From Vulcanimicrobiales bacterium (GTDB taxonomy: Bacteria; Vulcanimicrobiota; Vulcanimicrobiia; Vulcanimicrobiales; Vulcanimicrobiaceae), in assembly GCA_038231455.1 (NCBI GenBank), contig JBBRLI010000001.1, positions 352,001 to 416,000 on the forward strand: a stretch of DNA of 64,000 bases, given 5' to 3'. A model generated the notes under the pieces. That model saw only the letters and a list, made by a program, of their open reading frames with translations, did not search any database and was not told where the DNA came from. Position numbers and translations under genes: made by a program. Below, in pieces: positions 46,735 to 56,362 of the stretch (position 1 is its first letter; each line of letters begins with the position of its first letter).

Positions 46735-48224
46735 CGCGCGCGTGCAGCCGTCGCGATTTTCTCTTCGCCCGGCGCCTCCCACCGCAAAAGACGAATGCCC
46801 TCGGGTTTCATTCCCTCGCACCACGTCAGGTAATACGCGCGCGGCGGCACGCCCGCATAACTGTACGATAGCGACGGCGCCGGCACGACACGTTCGCACG
46901 CAAGCGCAAGTCGCGCGGCAAAGTCGGGTCGACTGGCCAGCGTTTCTTTATCGACGAACAGCGCGTGCCGGGGCCGATTGCTTGCCGGATACCAGCGACG
47001 TGATTCGCGCCCTTGCCAGTTGTAACCGATGACGACCGGCGCGACGCCCGCATTGAAATCGAGCAGTGCCGAGAGCCCGTAGCCATCGGTCATCACGACC
47101 GCATCGTTCTTATCCGCGATCTTCCGCACGTCTTGCGCGAGCGGCCAGAACGTGAAGATCTCAAAGGGCCCGGTATTGCGCAGCGACGAGCCGGTATTCC
47201 GGAACGCCTGATAGATCGGTCCCGGAGCCACCGCCGCAACGAAGATCATCGGGACAAGAATCATCGCCGGAACGACCGACGCACACGCCCACACCACGCG
47301 CAACCGCGAAGAGAGTTTGACGTATGCGAGGCCAAGCGCAACGCACAGGGAGGCATACGGGCCGAACACCCAATGGATTTCGACCGGCTCGATAAACGCA
47401 AGGAGCGTCAAGAGGCCGAGCAGCGGAATTGACGTCCAGGCGAGTAGCGCGCTGCGCGGCCGAATCGCGCAAACGATCGCACCGATCCAGAGCCCCGGCG
47501 AGTACGCGCCCGCATTGATCGCGTAGAGCGTGAAGGCACCTTTCCACGAAAGATGCGGCACGTGCCGGCCCACGAACGTGAAATCGAACGTCACCCAGTC
47601 GTGCATTGCATTCCACACGATGAACGGCGCATACACGACGCCAGCAATCACAAACGCAATCCAGAGCCCCGCCTGCCAGAGCATTCGGCGCGCAGGCGCA
47701 AACGCGTACATCGCGATGCCGAACACAAGAGCGGCGGCGAAGAAACGCGTGAGCAGCGCGATTCCCATCGCAACACCAAGCAGCGCAAAATCGATCGGCT
47801 GCCGCGATTTGAACGCGCGAACCGCAAGCCACAGCGAGACGGTCCACGCGGCAAGATACGGGCCGTCCGGCGTCGCGCTGCCGAAGGCAAGCGAAAAGAG
47901 CGGGGTGAGCGAGAACGCAACCGCCGTCACGGCGCCTGCACGTCGATCGCCGCCGGCAAGATCGGTCGCCGTCGCCGCGCCCGCGAGCGTTGCGATCAAG
48001 CCGCACGCGACGAAACCGAGTCGAATCGCGCCCGGACTTAACCCGATCGGCGAAAACAGCGCGATCGTCCAGGCGACCATCGGCGGATGATCGACATAGC
48101 CGAACGCCAGGTGCCGACTCCACTCCCAATAGTACGCCTCATCGCCCGTCAGCGGCACGTGGTACGCGGCGATGATGCGCATCAGCGTGATCGCTGCAAC
48201 GATCGCGTAGACGAAGATCATCAT
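46731..48224 (-). CDS. Glycosyltransferase family 39/ArnT-like membrane protein
   Basis: DEAYYW.WS..LAFGY.DHPP, TPDGP, P..VWN..HDW; multiple TMs. Confidence 0.88.
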   Translation of the reverse strand: MMIFVYAIVAAITLMRIIAAYHVPLTGDEAYYWEWSRHLAFGYVDHPPMVAWTIALFSPIGLSPGAIRLGFVACGLIATLAGAATATDLAGGDRRAGAVTAVAFSLTPLFSLAFGSATPDGPYLAAWTVSLWLAVRAFKSRQPIDFALLGVAMGIALLTRFFAAALVFGIAMYAFAPARRMLWQAGLWIAFVIAGVVYAPFIVWNAMHDWVTFDFTFVGRHVPHLSWKGAFTLYAINAGAYSPGLWIGAIVCAIRPRSALLAWTSIPLLGLLTLLAFIEPVEIHWVFGPYASLCVALGLAYVKLSSRLRVVWACASVVPAMILVPMIFVAAVAPGPIYQAFRNTGSSLRNTGPFEIFTFWPLAQDVRKIADKNDAVVMTDGYGLSALLDFNAGVAPVVIGYNWQGRESRRWYPASNRPRHALFVDKETLASRPDFAARLALACERVVPAPSLSYSYAGVPPRAYYLTWCEGMKPEGIRLLRWEAPGEEKIATAARAR

Positions 48225-48967
48225 TATTCGTGCGATTCCACAAGGCCGCCGTTCACACCGAGCACCATGCCGTTCAGATATCCGGCATCATCGGCGACGA
48301 GGAACCGCACCGCATCACCGATGTCTTCCCACGACCCCGAGTGTCCGGTCGGATTATTTGCTTCAATCGCGCGCGCGGTCGCACGATCGGCGTTTTTATC
48401 GCGGATATCGCCCGGCTCGATCACGTTACTCGTAATCCCGTACGCGGCTTCTTCGAGGGCGAGAGCGCGTGCAAACGTGACGACACCGGCCTTTGCCGCA
48501 CCGTAGAGCGACATGCCCCGCGCGGGGAGCGTGTCGTGCGAACCATTCATGCCAAAAAAGACGAGCCTCCCGAAGCGCCGCTCGCGCATTCCGGGGGCAA
48601 GCGCGAATGCCAGCTCCACCGCGGAATCTAAATTTCCGGCGATCATTGCGTGATAATCGGCTAGCGTCGATTTTTCAAAACGCCGAACGACGATCGGTCC
48701 GACGGCATGGACGAGCACGTCGATGGGTCCGCGCGCGCGTTCGACCGCGTCCACAACCACCGCACCCGTCCCCGGCGCGCTGTGATCGGCGGCGAGGGCA
48801 AGTGCCTGCGGGTCGTGCGCGCGGAGATGCGCGAGCGTCGCCTCGGGTGATGTGCCGCCGGGACGGTAGGTGAACGCGATACGGTATCCCGAGCGTGCGA
48901 GCGCAAGAGCAACACCGCGCGCAAGACCGGCCGCAGCGCCGGTTACGAGTGCAAGTCGAGAGGACAT
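48224..48967 (-). CDS. SDR family oxidoreductase
   Basis: VTGAAAGLA, YGAAK (YxxxK), GITSN.IEPG, V.GG. Confidence 0.9.
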   Translation of the reverse strand: MSSRLALVTGAAAGLARGVALALARSGYRIAFTYRPGGTSPEATLAHLRAHDPQALALAADHSAPGTGAVVVDAVERARGPIDVLVHAVGPIVVRRFEKSTLADYHAMIAGNLDSAVELAFALAPGMRERRFGRLVFFGMNGSHDTLPARGMSLYGAAKAGVVTFARALALEEAAYGITSNVIEPGDIRDKNADRATARAIEANNPTGHSGSWEDIGDAVRFLVADDAGYLNGMVLGVNGGLVESHE

Positions 48968-48996
48968 ACCTTCGCTTCATGCGTAGCTTCGGCAAA

Positions 48997-49698
48997 ATGA
49001 GTTTCGTGTCGCAAACGCCTGACGCGCATGCGCGAAGTGTTACGTTCCTTACGGACGATAGCGTGCATTTGCGTGGGACCTATTGGGATCCGCGAGAGAA
49101 CGGCCATACGTCCGTTTTGCTGCTGCATGACTTCCGTTCCGATCGTTCCGTTTGGGACCCGTATGTCGCGGCGTTCCGCTCGCGCGGGTGGGGGGTTCTT
49201 GCCGTCGATCTGCGCGGACACGGCGAATCTGTCCGTCAAGATATGCGAGCCGACCTGCTCCAACCGAATGACTCAGACTTGCGTTCGCCGCTAAGTTATC
49301 CGAACGACGTGCGGGCATCGCTTGCTTTTCTCGCGCGTCAACCAAAGAGCGACGCCGGTCGGCTTGCCATGATCGGCGTGGGTCTCGGTTCTGACCTTGC
49401 CTATGCGGCATCCGGCCGCGGCTGGGGTTCCGCCTCGACCGTCCTGATCAGCCTCGATGAAGGCCGGGCGCGGGAAGTCGCCGGCAGCGGGCCGTTTGCG
49501 CCGCGTTCGATCTATCTTGTGTACGGTGCCGGCGACGCGCTGAGTGCCGGAGCGGTTCCGTCGTTCTTACAATCCGCGTCCTATCCGGCTGAAGCTCATG
49601 CCTACGAAGAAACATCCTCGTCCGGTATGACGCTCTTTAACGAAAAAAATCCGGAAATACTCGCGCGCTCGATCGCCTGGATCGAACGCACAATATGA
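48997..49698 (+). CDS. Alpha/beta hydrolase fold protein lacking the catalytic Ser
   Basis: LLLH, DLRGHGES; nucleophile elbow reads IGVGLG. Confidence 0.8.
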   Translation: MSFVSQTPDAHARSVTFLTDDSVHLRGTYWDPRENGHTSVLLLHDFRSDRSVWDPYVAAFRSRGWGVLAVDLRGHGESVRQDMRADLLQPNDSDLRSPLSYPNDVRASLAFLARQPKSDAGRLAMIGVGLGSDLAYAASGRGWGSASTVLISLDEGRAREVAGSGPFAPRSIYLVYGAGDALSAGAVPSFLQSASYPAEAHAYEETSSSGMTLFNEKNPEILARSIAWIERTI

Positions 49699-49728
49699 GT
49701 TTGGACCCGCCTACGCGGGTCCAAACTC
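49697..49728. terminator. Perfect 14-bp hairpin between convergent genes (putative bidirectional terminator)
   Basis: GAGTTTGGACCCGC-ctac-GCGGGTCCAAACTC. Confidence 0.65.
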
Positions 49729-49752
49729 TCTGGGTCAAGCTCTGCTTGGCTC

Positions 49753-50832
49753 CTACTTGCTGAGGAGGCGTCGCGTGGCGCGGGCTGAGGACTTGGTTTG
49801 GGGTTCGGTTGAGGTAACGACCAGGTTGATCGATCCGCCGGAGATGGTGTTGATCGTGACGTCCTGGCTGAAGTTGCCGCTCGCATCCGAGGTCGTGTCG
49901 CCGGTGTAGTTGCCGGTGCCGAAGGCGAAGATGCCTCCAACTTGGGCGCTCGCACCAGCCACGATGTGGATGCGCGAATTCGGCAACGTGTGACCGCTCA
50001 CGGTGAACGTTCCGCCGACTTGCGTGTCCTGAGCGGGGGACAGTTTGTCGATCACGTTCATCGCTGCCGCCGTGCCCGAAGTGAAGGACCACGACTGGTC
50101 GATCGGGGCGCCGTTCGTATCCTTACCGGTCACGCGAACGGTGTGCTTCTGCACGAGCAGATCGGACGGCGGCGAGTAGACGATGCCGTCGCCGGAACGC
50201 GTGCTCGACGACGTTACGTCGAGTCCATCGACGCTGACTTTGAGCGTGTTCGGGTCGGCCGATCCGTTTTTGAATCGCGCTTCGATGGTCGGGCGTTTCG
50301 ATTCCACGAAGGCGCCATTCGCCGGCAGCTCTGCGGAGAGTCGTACGGCGCTGCCGGCGGCCGGCGCATTCGGCGTGATTGTCGGCAGCGGAGCGGTTGA
50401 GACTTGACCGTTGGTGGAAATCGCAACGATCCGGTTCGCACCGTCGTAATTGACGTTCGCGCCGAGGGCTTGCGAGACGAAGCGCAGCGGCACGTAGGTG
50501 CTGGCGCCGATGATGAACGGTGCGACATCGAGCGTCTGCGCCACGCCGCCGACGTCTGCTTGATTGGAACCGATCTTCAGCGAGATCGTCCGATTGTTTC
50601 CGGTTGCATTGATGACGCCGTTTGCGTACACGACGCTTGCGCCGAGCTTTTCGAAAATTCCGCGCAGCGGCACGAACACGCGTCCGGCGCGTGAGATCGG
50701 CGGCGGCGAAACGTTGATCGGATTTCCGTTGACGCTTACCGACACATCGGCCGCCGACACAGCGGCACTCACGGCAAGAGATAACGTACCGGCAATAGCG
50801 GCCGTTCTGGTGATAGTAGAGAGACGCGGCAT
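49753..50832 (-). CDS. Secreted copper amine oxidase N-terminal domain protein with Ig-like C-terminal domains
   Basis: GGAGG RBS; signal peptide; GRVFVPLRGIFE.LGA and YVPLRFVSQALGA. Confidence 0.88.
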   Translation of the reverse strand: MPRLSTITRTAAIAGTLSLAVSAAVSAADVSVSVNGNPINVSPPPISRAGRVFVPLRGIFEKLGASVVYANGVINATGNNRTISLKIGSNQADVGGVAQTLDVAPFIIGASTYVPLRFVSQALGANVNYDGANRIVAISTNGQVSTAPLPTITPNAPAAGSAVRLSAELPANGAFVESKRPTIEARFKNGSADPNTLKVSVDGLDVTSSSTRSGDGIVYSPPSDLLVQKHTVRVTGKDTNGAPIDQSWSFTSGTAAAMNVIDKLSPAQDTQVGGTFTVSGHTLPNSRIHIVAGASAQVGGIFAFGTGNYTGDTTSDASGNFSQDVTINTISGGSINLVVTSTEPQTKSSARATRRLLSK

Positions 50833-50931
50833 AACAACCTCCGAGCGATAGTGCACAGTCGCACCGGAAGGGTCATACCCACACTTGCTTAGCCTTACAG
50901 GTAGGGCTCGCTTGCTTGAGACGAATTTCTC

Positions 50932-50948
50932 GGGGGGGGGGGCGGGGG
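50932..50948. repeat. Poly-G tract (G11-C-G5), intergenic
   Basis: GGGGGGGGGGG C GGGGG between the RND stop and the upstream region of the 49753-50832 gene. Confidence 0.85.
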
Positions 50949-50953
50949 TTCGG

Positions 50954-53900
50954 TCAGTCGCCCATCGTCCCGGCCGGAATCGCGACTTCGCGCGGAAGTT
51001 CGAGCGCTGGTTCGGTTTTGCGGAAACGGCGACCGATGGCCGAGTGCATGCGCAACATCGTCGTGTACACGACCGGCACGAGAAAGAGCGTGAGGATCAG
51101 CGAACTGATCAGGCCGCCGATGAGCACGGCGCCCATCGAGCGGCGGAACTCCGCACCCTCGGCAAGGCCGAGCGCGAGCGGCAACATCCCGAAGACCATC
51201 GCCGCCGTCGTCATCACGATCGGACGCAAGCGCGTTCCGGCTGCAGCGAGCATCGCATCGTGCGGATTCATTCCGCGCTTACGCATCGTGTTCGCGTAGT
51301 CGACGAGCAGGATGCCGTTCTTCGCAACGAGTCCCATCAGCATGATCATCCCGATATCGGAGAGCAGGTTGAGCGACTGGTGGCTAACCCACAGCGCGAG
51401 GACCGCGCCGACGAGCGCAACCGGGACCGAGAACATGATCACAAACGGCGTAAGGAACGAACCGTACAGAATGACGAGCAGCATATACACCAGCGCGATC
51501 GAGGTGAGAACCGAAATCCCAAACGCGGCGTTCGTCTCGCCTTGAAGTTGCGAGTCGCCTTGCACGAACGTGTGCACACCCGATGCAAGAAAGCCCGGCT
51601 GATCGACTTTCGCATTGATTTGCGCCGTGATCGATCCGAGCGATCCTTGCGCGCGATCGACGTCGGCGCTCACACTGATGATCCGCTGACGCGACGAGCG
51701 CTCGATTTTCGTCGGCGCGAGGCCCTCGGAGAAATCGGCGACGTCTTCCAAATTGACGATCGAGCCATCTTGCGCGCGGATGTGCACGCGCTTAACGTTG
51801 TCGATCGAGGTCCGGAATGACGCCGGAAGCTCAACGCGAACATCGACTAAACCGCTTGCGGTCCGCACCTTCGTTGCAACCGCGCCGCCGAGTGCGGTGC
51901 GGGCCGCAATCGCTGCCGCGCCGGGCGAAACGCCCAGCGCCATCGCGCGCCGCGGATCGATATGAATGTTTAAGCGCGGCGCAGCGCTCTCAGCACCGGT
52001 CTGCACGTTAATCGTGCCTTTGACGCTGCGGATATAGTCGGCGAGTTTGTTCGCCGATGCGTCGAGTTCGCTATCGGGGCCGGAAAGATCGTAGGAAATC
52101 GCAACGCCGCTGCCGCCGCCGCCGCGCGCGCCGACAATCACGAGCGCCCCTTTGGCATACGCGGCGATGTTTTGGCGCAACGTCGTAATCGTTGCTTTGG
52201 TTTCTTTACGGCGGCTCTCGGCCATCTGAATTTGCACGCGTCCAAGATTCCCGCCGATCAAGTTCCCGCGGCCGGACTGCTTCGCGCCGGTGGTCGAAAA
52301 CACGCGGTCGACACCGGGGAGGGTGAGCGCGTATGTCTCGATCCGATCGATGCCGGCTTGGGTAACGTGCAGCGGCGTCCCGGTCGGATACGTCACGCTC
52401 ATCGCGATCGATCCCGATTCCATCTCCGGGATGAATTCCGAGGTGACCATGCCCGTTGCGATCATCGCAATCGAGCCGACGAAGAGCGCGAAGCAGCCAA
52501 GACCGATAAACCAGCCGCGGCGCATCGCCCAGCCGAGTGCCTTATCGCGATACCAGCGCGTGAGCGCATCGAAACCGGATTGGAACCATTCGAGGAATTT
52601 GGGCGGCGCGGACGAGCGTTTGAGCACGGACCACTTCGCCGCGAGCATCGGCGTGAGCGTAAACGAAACGAAGAGCGAGAACAGCGTCGCGACGACGACG
52701 ACCACGCCGAACTCTTTCATGTACTTGCCGACGAAGCCCGAGAGAAACGCCATGGGTAAGAAAACGACGACGTCGACGAGCGTGATCGCAATCGCCGCGC
52801 CGCCGATTTCGTTGCGGCCACTGATCGCTGCGTCGACCGGATTCTGACCGAGGTCGCGGTGACGCGTAATGTTCTCGAGCACGACGATCGAATCGTCGAC
52901 GAGGATACCGATCGTAAGCGAGAGGCCCATCAGCGAGATATTATCGAGATTGAAGTTGAGGAGCTTCATCACGATAAACGTCGCGAGCAGCGAGCTTGGG
53001 ATCGCGAGCATCACGACGACGGCGTTGCGCCACGCGTGAAGGAAGAACATCAGCACGATGGCGGTGAGGATGATGCCCTCAAAGAGACTTTGCAGCACGC
53101 CCGTAAGCTGCGACTGCGTGAAATCGGCCGGCGCGTCGATCTCTTTGAAGTTCACCATCGGATAGCGCGCGATGATGTCTTTCATTGCGGCGCGCGCGAC
53201 TTTCGTCGTCTTGATTTCATCGGCGGCAACGTTACGCGAGATGTCGATGATGACGCCCGAACGGCCGTTGAAGTGCGTGATCCGACGCTGTTCTTTATGA
53301 CCGTCCACGACCGCGGCGACATCGCCAATGCGCACGATTTTCTGACCCGGAACGCTCATCGGGATCATCGTGATATCGATCGGATTGACGATATCGGCGT
53401 GCACCGAAACGCTGGTCTCTTTATTCGGTGCATCGAGGCGCCCGCCCGGAAGATTCGCGTTGTTCTGCGAGACGGCACTAAAGATATCGGGCAGCGTCGC
53501 GCCGACCGCCATCAAACGCAGCGGATCGGGATAGACTTGAATCTCGCGCGCAGCATCGCCGCGCGAATCGACGCCGGTAACGCCCGGAATGGCTTTGATC
53601 TCCGGGATCAGCCGGTCGTTGACAAGATCGCCGAGCGCGCCGCCGCTCAGCGATTTCGAACTGAGCGCGTAGGTGAGAATCGGATCGTCGGAGCCGTTTT
53701 TCTCAACCGTCGGCGGATCGAGGTCGCTTGGCATAAAGACGCGGGCCGTATCCACTCGACGTTGCACATCGATGGCCGCGAAATCAAGGTTCGTGTCGAG
53801 TTTGAACTGGACGACGACGGTCGCGACGCCCTCTTGGGCCGTCGCGCGCAACTGATCGAGATTGGCGAGGCCGTCGAGCTGATCTTCGATCGGCTTGATG

Positions 53901-54088
53901 ACCAGCTTCTCCATCTCTTGCGGCGAGGCGCCCGGGTAGCCCGCGAAAACGATAACGACCGGGAAAGCGACGTTCGGCTGTGCCGAGGAGCCGAGGCGGC
54001 TATACGAGAGCATCCCGTACACCGCGAGCCCAATGAAGAGCATCGCGGTGATGATGGGGCGCGAAATCGCAAATCGAGTCAGCCACAC
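50954..54088 (-). CDS. RND efflux transporter permease (AcrB/MdtC family)
   Basis: YPGASP, AIP.S, ILVDDSIVVLENI, SFTLTPML, AKNGILLVD, RLRPIVMT; GAGG RBS before GTG 54088. Confidence 0.94.
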   Translation of the reverse strand: MWLTRFAISRPIITAMLFIGLAVYGMLSYSRLGSSAQPNVAFPVVIVFAGYPGASPQEMEKLVIKPIEDQLDGLANLDQLRATAQEGVATVVVQFKLDTNLDFAAIDVQRRVDTARVFMPSDLDPPTVEKNGSDDPILTYALSSKSLSGGALGDLVNDRLIPEIKAIPGVTGVDSRGDAAREIQVYPDPLRLMAVGATLPDIFSAVSQNNANLPGGRLDAPNKETSVSVHADIVNPIDITMIPMSVPGQKIVRIGDVAAVVDGHKEQRRITHFNGRSGVIIDISRNVAADEIKTTKVARAAMKDIIARYPMVNFKEIDAPADFTQSQLTGVLQSLFEGIILTAIVLMFFLHAWRNAVVVMLAIPSSLLATFIVMKLLNFNLDNISLMGLSLTIGILVDDSIVVLENITRHRDLGQNPVDAAISGRNEIGGAAIAITLVDVVVFLPMAFLSGFVGKYMKEFGVVVVVATLFSLFVSFTLTPMLAAKWSVLKRSSAPPKFLEWFQSGFDALTRWYRDKALGWAMRRGWFIGLGCFALFVGSIAMIATGMVTSEFIPEMESGSIAMSVTYPTGTPLHVTQAGIDRIETYALTLPGVDRVFSTTGAKQSGRGNLIGGNLGRVQIQMAESRRKETKATITTLRQNIAAYAKGALVIVGARGGGGSGVAISYDLSGPDSELDASANKLADYIRSVKGTINVQTGAESAAPRLNIHIDPRRAMALGVSPGAAAIAARTALGGAVATKVRTASGLVDVRVELPASFRTSIDNVKRVHIRAQDGSIVNLEDVADFSEGLAPTKIERSSRQRIISVSADVDRAQGSLGSITAQINAKVDQPGFLASGVHTFVQGDSQLQGETNAAFGISVLTSIALVYMLLVILYGSFLTPFVIMFSVPVALVGAVLALWVSHQSLNLLSDIGMIMLMGLVAKNGILLVDYANTMRKRGMNPHDAMLAAAGTRLRPIVMTTAAMVFGMLPLALGLAEGAEFRRSMGAVLIGGLISSLILTLFLVPVVYTTMLRMHSAIGRRFRKTEPALELPREVAIPAGTMGD

Positions 54089-54178
54089 AGTCAATTCCTC
54101 GGGCGCTAAGCTACCCCTGATACGGATTGCAGTCGACGCTTGTTTCGCCGCTTTTCAGCGCGCGCGGCGATGCGGTCC

Positions 54179-54216
54179 GAAAGAAGAGCCCGGCGTCGTT
54201 TCCGAAGCCAGGCTCT
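54179..54216 (-). terminator. Putative terminator downstream of tRNA-Leu
   Basis: Minus strand GAGCCTGGC-ttcggaaacgac-GCCGGGCTC followed by TTCTTT. Confidence 0.6.
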
Positions 54217-54221
54217 CAATA

Positions 54222-54308
54222 TGGTGCGGGAGACTGGATTTGAACCAGCACGCCCTTGCGAGCGCTAGCACCTCAAGCTAGTGCGTCTACCAATTCCGCC
54301 ACTCTCGC
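54222..54308 (-). tRNA. tRNA-Leu(GAG)
   Basis: Minus strand GCGAGAGTGGCGGAATTGGTAGACGCA-CTAGC-TTGAGGT-GCTAG, long variable arm, GGTTCAAATCC, CTCCCGCACCA; 87 nt with encoded CCA. Confidence 0.95.
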
Positions 54309-54407
54309 CCATGAGGTTTTTGCCCGTGGCCGGTGCCGCTGACAACTAAGGGATTGTAGAGCATCCGGGCTCGCTCCGCAAGACACCCGGCGAAGAGGGG
54401 TTCCTGC

Positions 54408-55331
54408 TTATTTCATCTTGGGATCGAGCGCGTCGCGCAGGCCGTCGCCCAGATAATTGATGGAGAGCGTCACGATCACGATGCAGAGGCCCGGGAAGAT
54501 CGCGACCCAGGGCGCGATCGACATGTTGGTCTGGGAGTTGGCGAGCATGCTGCCCCAGGACGCCGTCGGCGGCTGGATGCCATAGCCCAAGAACGAGAGC
54601 GTCGACTCGAGGATGATGACGTTGGCGACCTCAAGGGTCGCCTGGACGATGATCGGTGCGATGGCGTTAGGCAAGAGATGCCGGAAGATAATCCGCCCGT
54701 CGCGGTTTCCAAGCGCCCGCGCGGCTTCGGCGAATTCGCGTTCGCGCAGACTAAGGAACGACGCGCGCACGAGTCGCGCGACGGCGGGCCACGAGAGTCC
54801 ACCGATCAACACAACGATGAGCAGAAAACTCAAACTCGCCTTCTGCGAGGTCGCCGAGACGATCGCGGTGAGCACGAGCAAGAGCGGCAAGAGCGGGATC
54901 GAGAGCACGACGTCGGTGACGCGCATGATGACAAAGTCGATCCAGCCACCGTAGTAGCCGGCGATCGCGCCGAGCACGGTACCGATCGAGATCTCCATGA
55001 TGACGGCGAACAGCGCGATCGTGAGCGAAATCTGTGCGCCATAGATGAGGCGCGAGAGCAAATCGCGGCCGTTTTCATCGGTGCCGAGAAGATGTCCGGC
55101 GACGCCGGGTGCAAGCGGTGTTCCGCTCCAATTCGTTTGATCGATGAAATTCGGATCGGCCGGTGCGACGAAGTGCGCGAAGATTGCGGCCAGCGCCATA
55201 AGCGTGAGGACCACGGCTCCGATGAGCGCGACGCGGTGACGGCGGAAGCGTTTCCAAACGCCATGGCGTTCTTCTTCGAAGTCGCCATCGGCCAACGCAG
55301 GCAGATTTGCGTAGTGACTGTCGCGCACCAT
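54408..55331 (-). CDS. Oligopeptide/dipeptide ABC permease (OppC/DppC-like)
   Basis: HLLGTDENGRD, EAARALG, HLLPN, LSFLG.G.QPP.ASWG, GDGLRDALDP. Confidence 0.93.
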   Translation of the reverse strand: MVRDSHYANLPALADGDFEEERHGVWKRFRRHRVALIGAVVLTLMALAAIFAHFVAPADPNFIDQTNWSGTPLAPGVAGHLLGTDENGRDLLSRLIYGAQISLTIALFAVIMEISIGTVLGAIAGYYGGWIDFVIMRVTDVVLSIPLLPLLLVLTAIVSATSQKASLSFLLIVVLIGGLSWPAVARLVRASFLSLREREFAEAARALGNRDGRIIFRHLLPNAIAPIIVQATLEVANVIILESTLSFLGYGIQPPTASWGSMLANSQTNMSIAPWVAIFPGLCIVIVTLSINYLGDGLRDALDPKMK

Positions 55332-56305
55332 TAGTTGTACTTCACGCGCGGATCGAGCCAGGCGTACGTGACGTCGGCGATGAGATTGAAAATCACGACG
55401 AGGAACGACACGAGCATCAAATAGCCCATGAGCAAAGCAAAATCAAACTGTTGCAGCCCGTTGTAAAACAGTCGACCCATCCCCGGCCAGGCGAAGATCG
55501 TTTCCGTGATAACGGCACCGGCGACGATGCCGGGCATCGAGAGCGCGATGATCGTCACGAGCGGAATGAGCGCGTTCTTGAGCCCGTGTTTGAGGATGAC
55601 GTCGCGTTTCTCTAAGCCTTTTGCCGAGGCCGTGCGCATGTAGTCGGTACGCACGACTTCGAGCATCGAGGAGCGCATGAAGCGGCTCCACTGCGCGATG
55701 TAGAGCAGCGAGAGGACGAGCACCGGCAAGATGAGATGCCGAATGCGATCGCCGAGATTGAAGGCATCGTCGCTCGATATTCCAGCCGACGGCAACGTGA
55801 TGTGGTACCCGAATCCCAGCGGAATTCCGATCACCGAAAAGAGCAACTGAAACATCAGCGCAAACCAGAAGACCGGCATCGACTGGCCGAAAAATGCAAA
55901 CGTCGTGACACCGTAGTCGAGCCACGAATACGGTTTAAGTGCGGAGAAAATTCCCGCGCTCACGCCGAGGATCAGCGAGAACACAAACGAGGTGCCCATC
56001 AGCTCGAGTGTGGCGGGCATGCGATCGAGGATCGCATCGATCACGTTCATCGAGTTCGATGTGGAGTAGCCGAAGTCGCCGGTCGCGACTTTACCGAGCC
56101 ACTTGAAATACTGCACGTACGTCGGCTGGTCGAGGCCGAGATTGTGTTTGAGGCGCGCGATATCGGCTTCGGTAATATGGGGATTCTGCAAATAGGGCGC
56201 GAGCGGTCCACCCGGCGCGTTGCTCAGGATCGCAAAGATAATGATCGAGATGAGGAACAGAAGCGGAATGTTTTGCAGACTTCTGCGGATGACGTACGTG
56301 AGCAG
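55331..56305 (-). CDS. Oligopeptide/dipeptide ABC permease (OppB/DppB-like), probable CTG start
   Basis: GLDQP..VQY, GDFGYS, RSSMLEV...DY.RTA.AKGL, ETIFAWPGMG, LDPR; frame extends to L-LTYVIRR with GGAGG 7 nt upstream. Confidence 0.9.
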   Translation of the reverse strand: MLTYVIRRSLQNIPLLFLISIIIFAILSNAPGGPLAPYLQNPHITEADIARLKHNLGLDQPTYVQYFKWLGKVATGDFGYSTSNSMNVIDAILDRMPATLELMGTSFVFSLILGVSAGIFSALKPYSWLDYGVTTFAFFGQSMPVFWFALMFQLLFSVIGIPLGFGYHITLPSAGISSDDAFNLGDRIRHLILPVLVLSLLYIAQWSRFMRSSMLEVVRTDYMRTASAKGLEKRDVILKHGLKNALIPLVTIIALSMPGIVAGAVITETIFAWPGMGRLFYNGLQQFDFALLMGYLMLVSFLVVIFNLIADVTYAWLDPRVKYN

Positions 56306-56362
56306 CGGCGGGCCTCCGGGCTGGCAGAACTGGGGAACAATACGGTGCCCCTCATAATGGTC

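Noticed and set aside
44296-46833. 845-aa plus-strand ORF
   Set aside because: Antisense shadow of pepN and mmcB; Arg-rich with no motifs, as expected at high GC
52859-54109. 416-aa plus-strand ORF
   Set aside because: Antisense shadow of the RND transporter
54222-54308. Prophage or genomic island integrated at tRNA-Leu
   Set aside because: No integrase, phage genes or duplicated tRNA 3' end seen in the window
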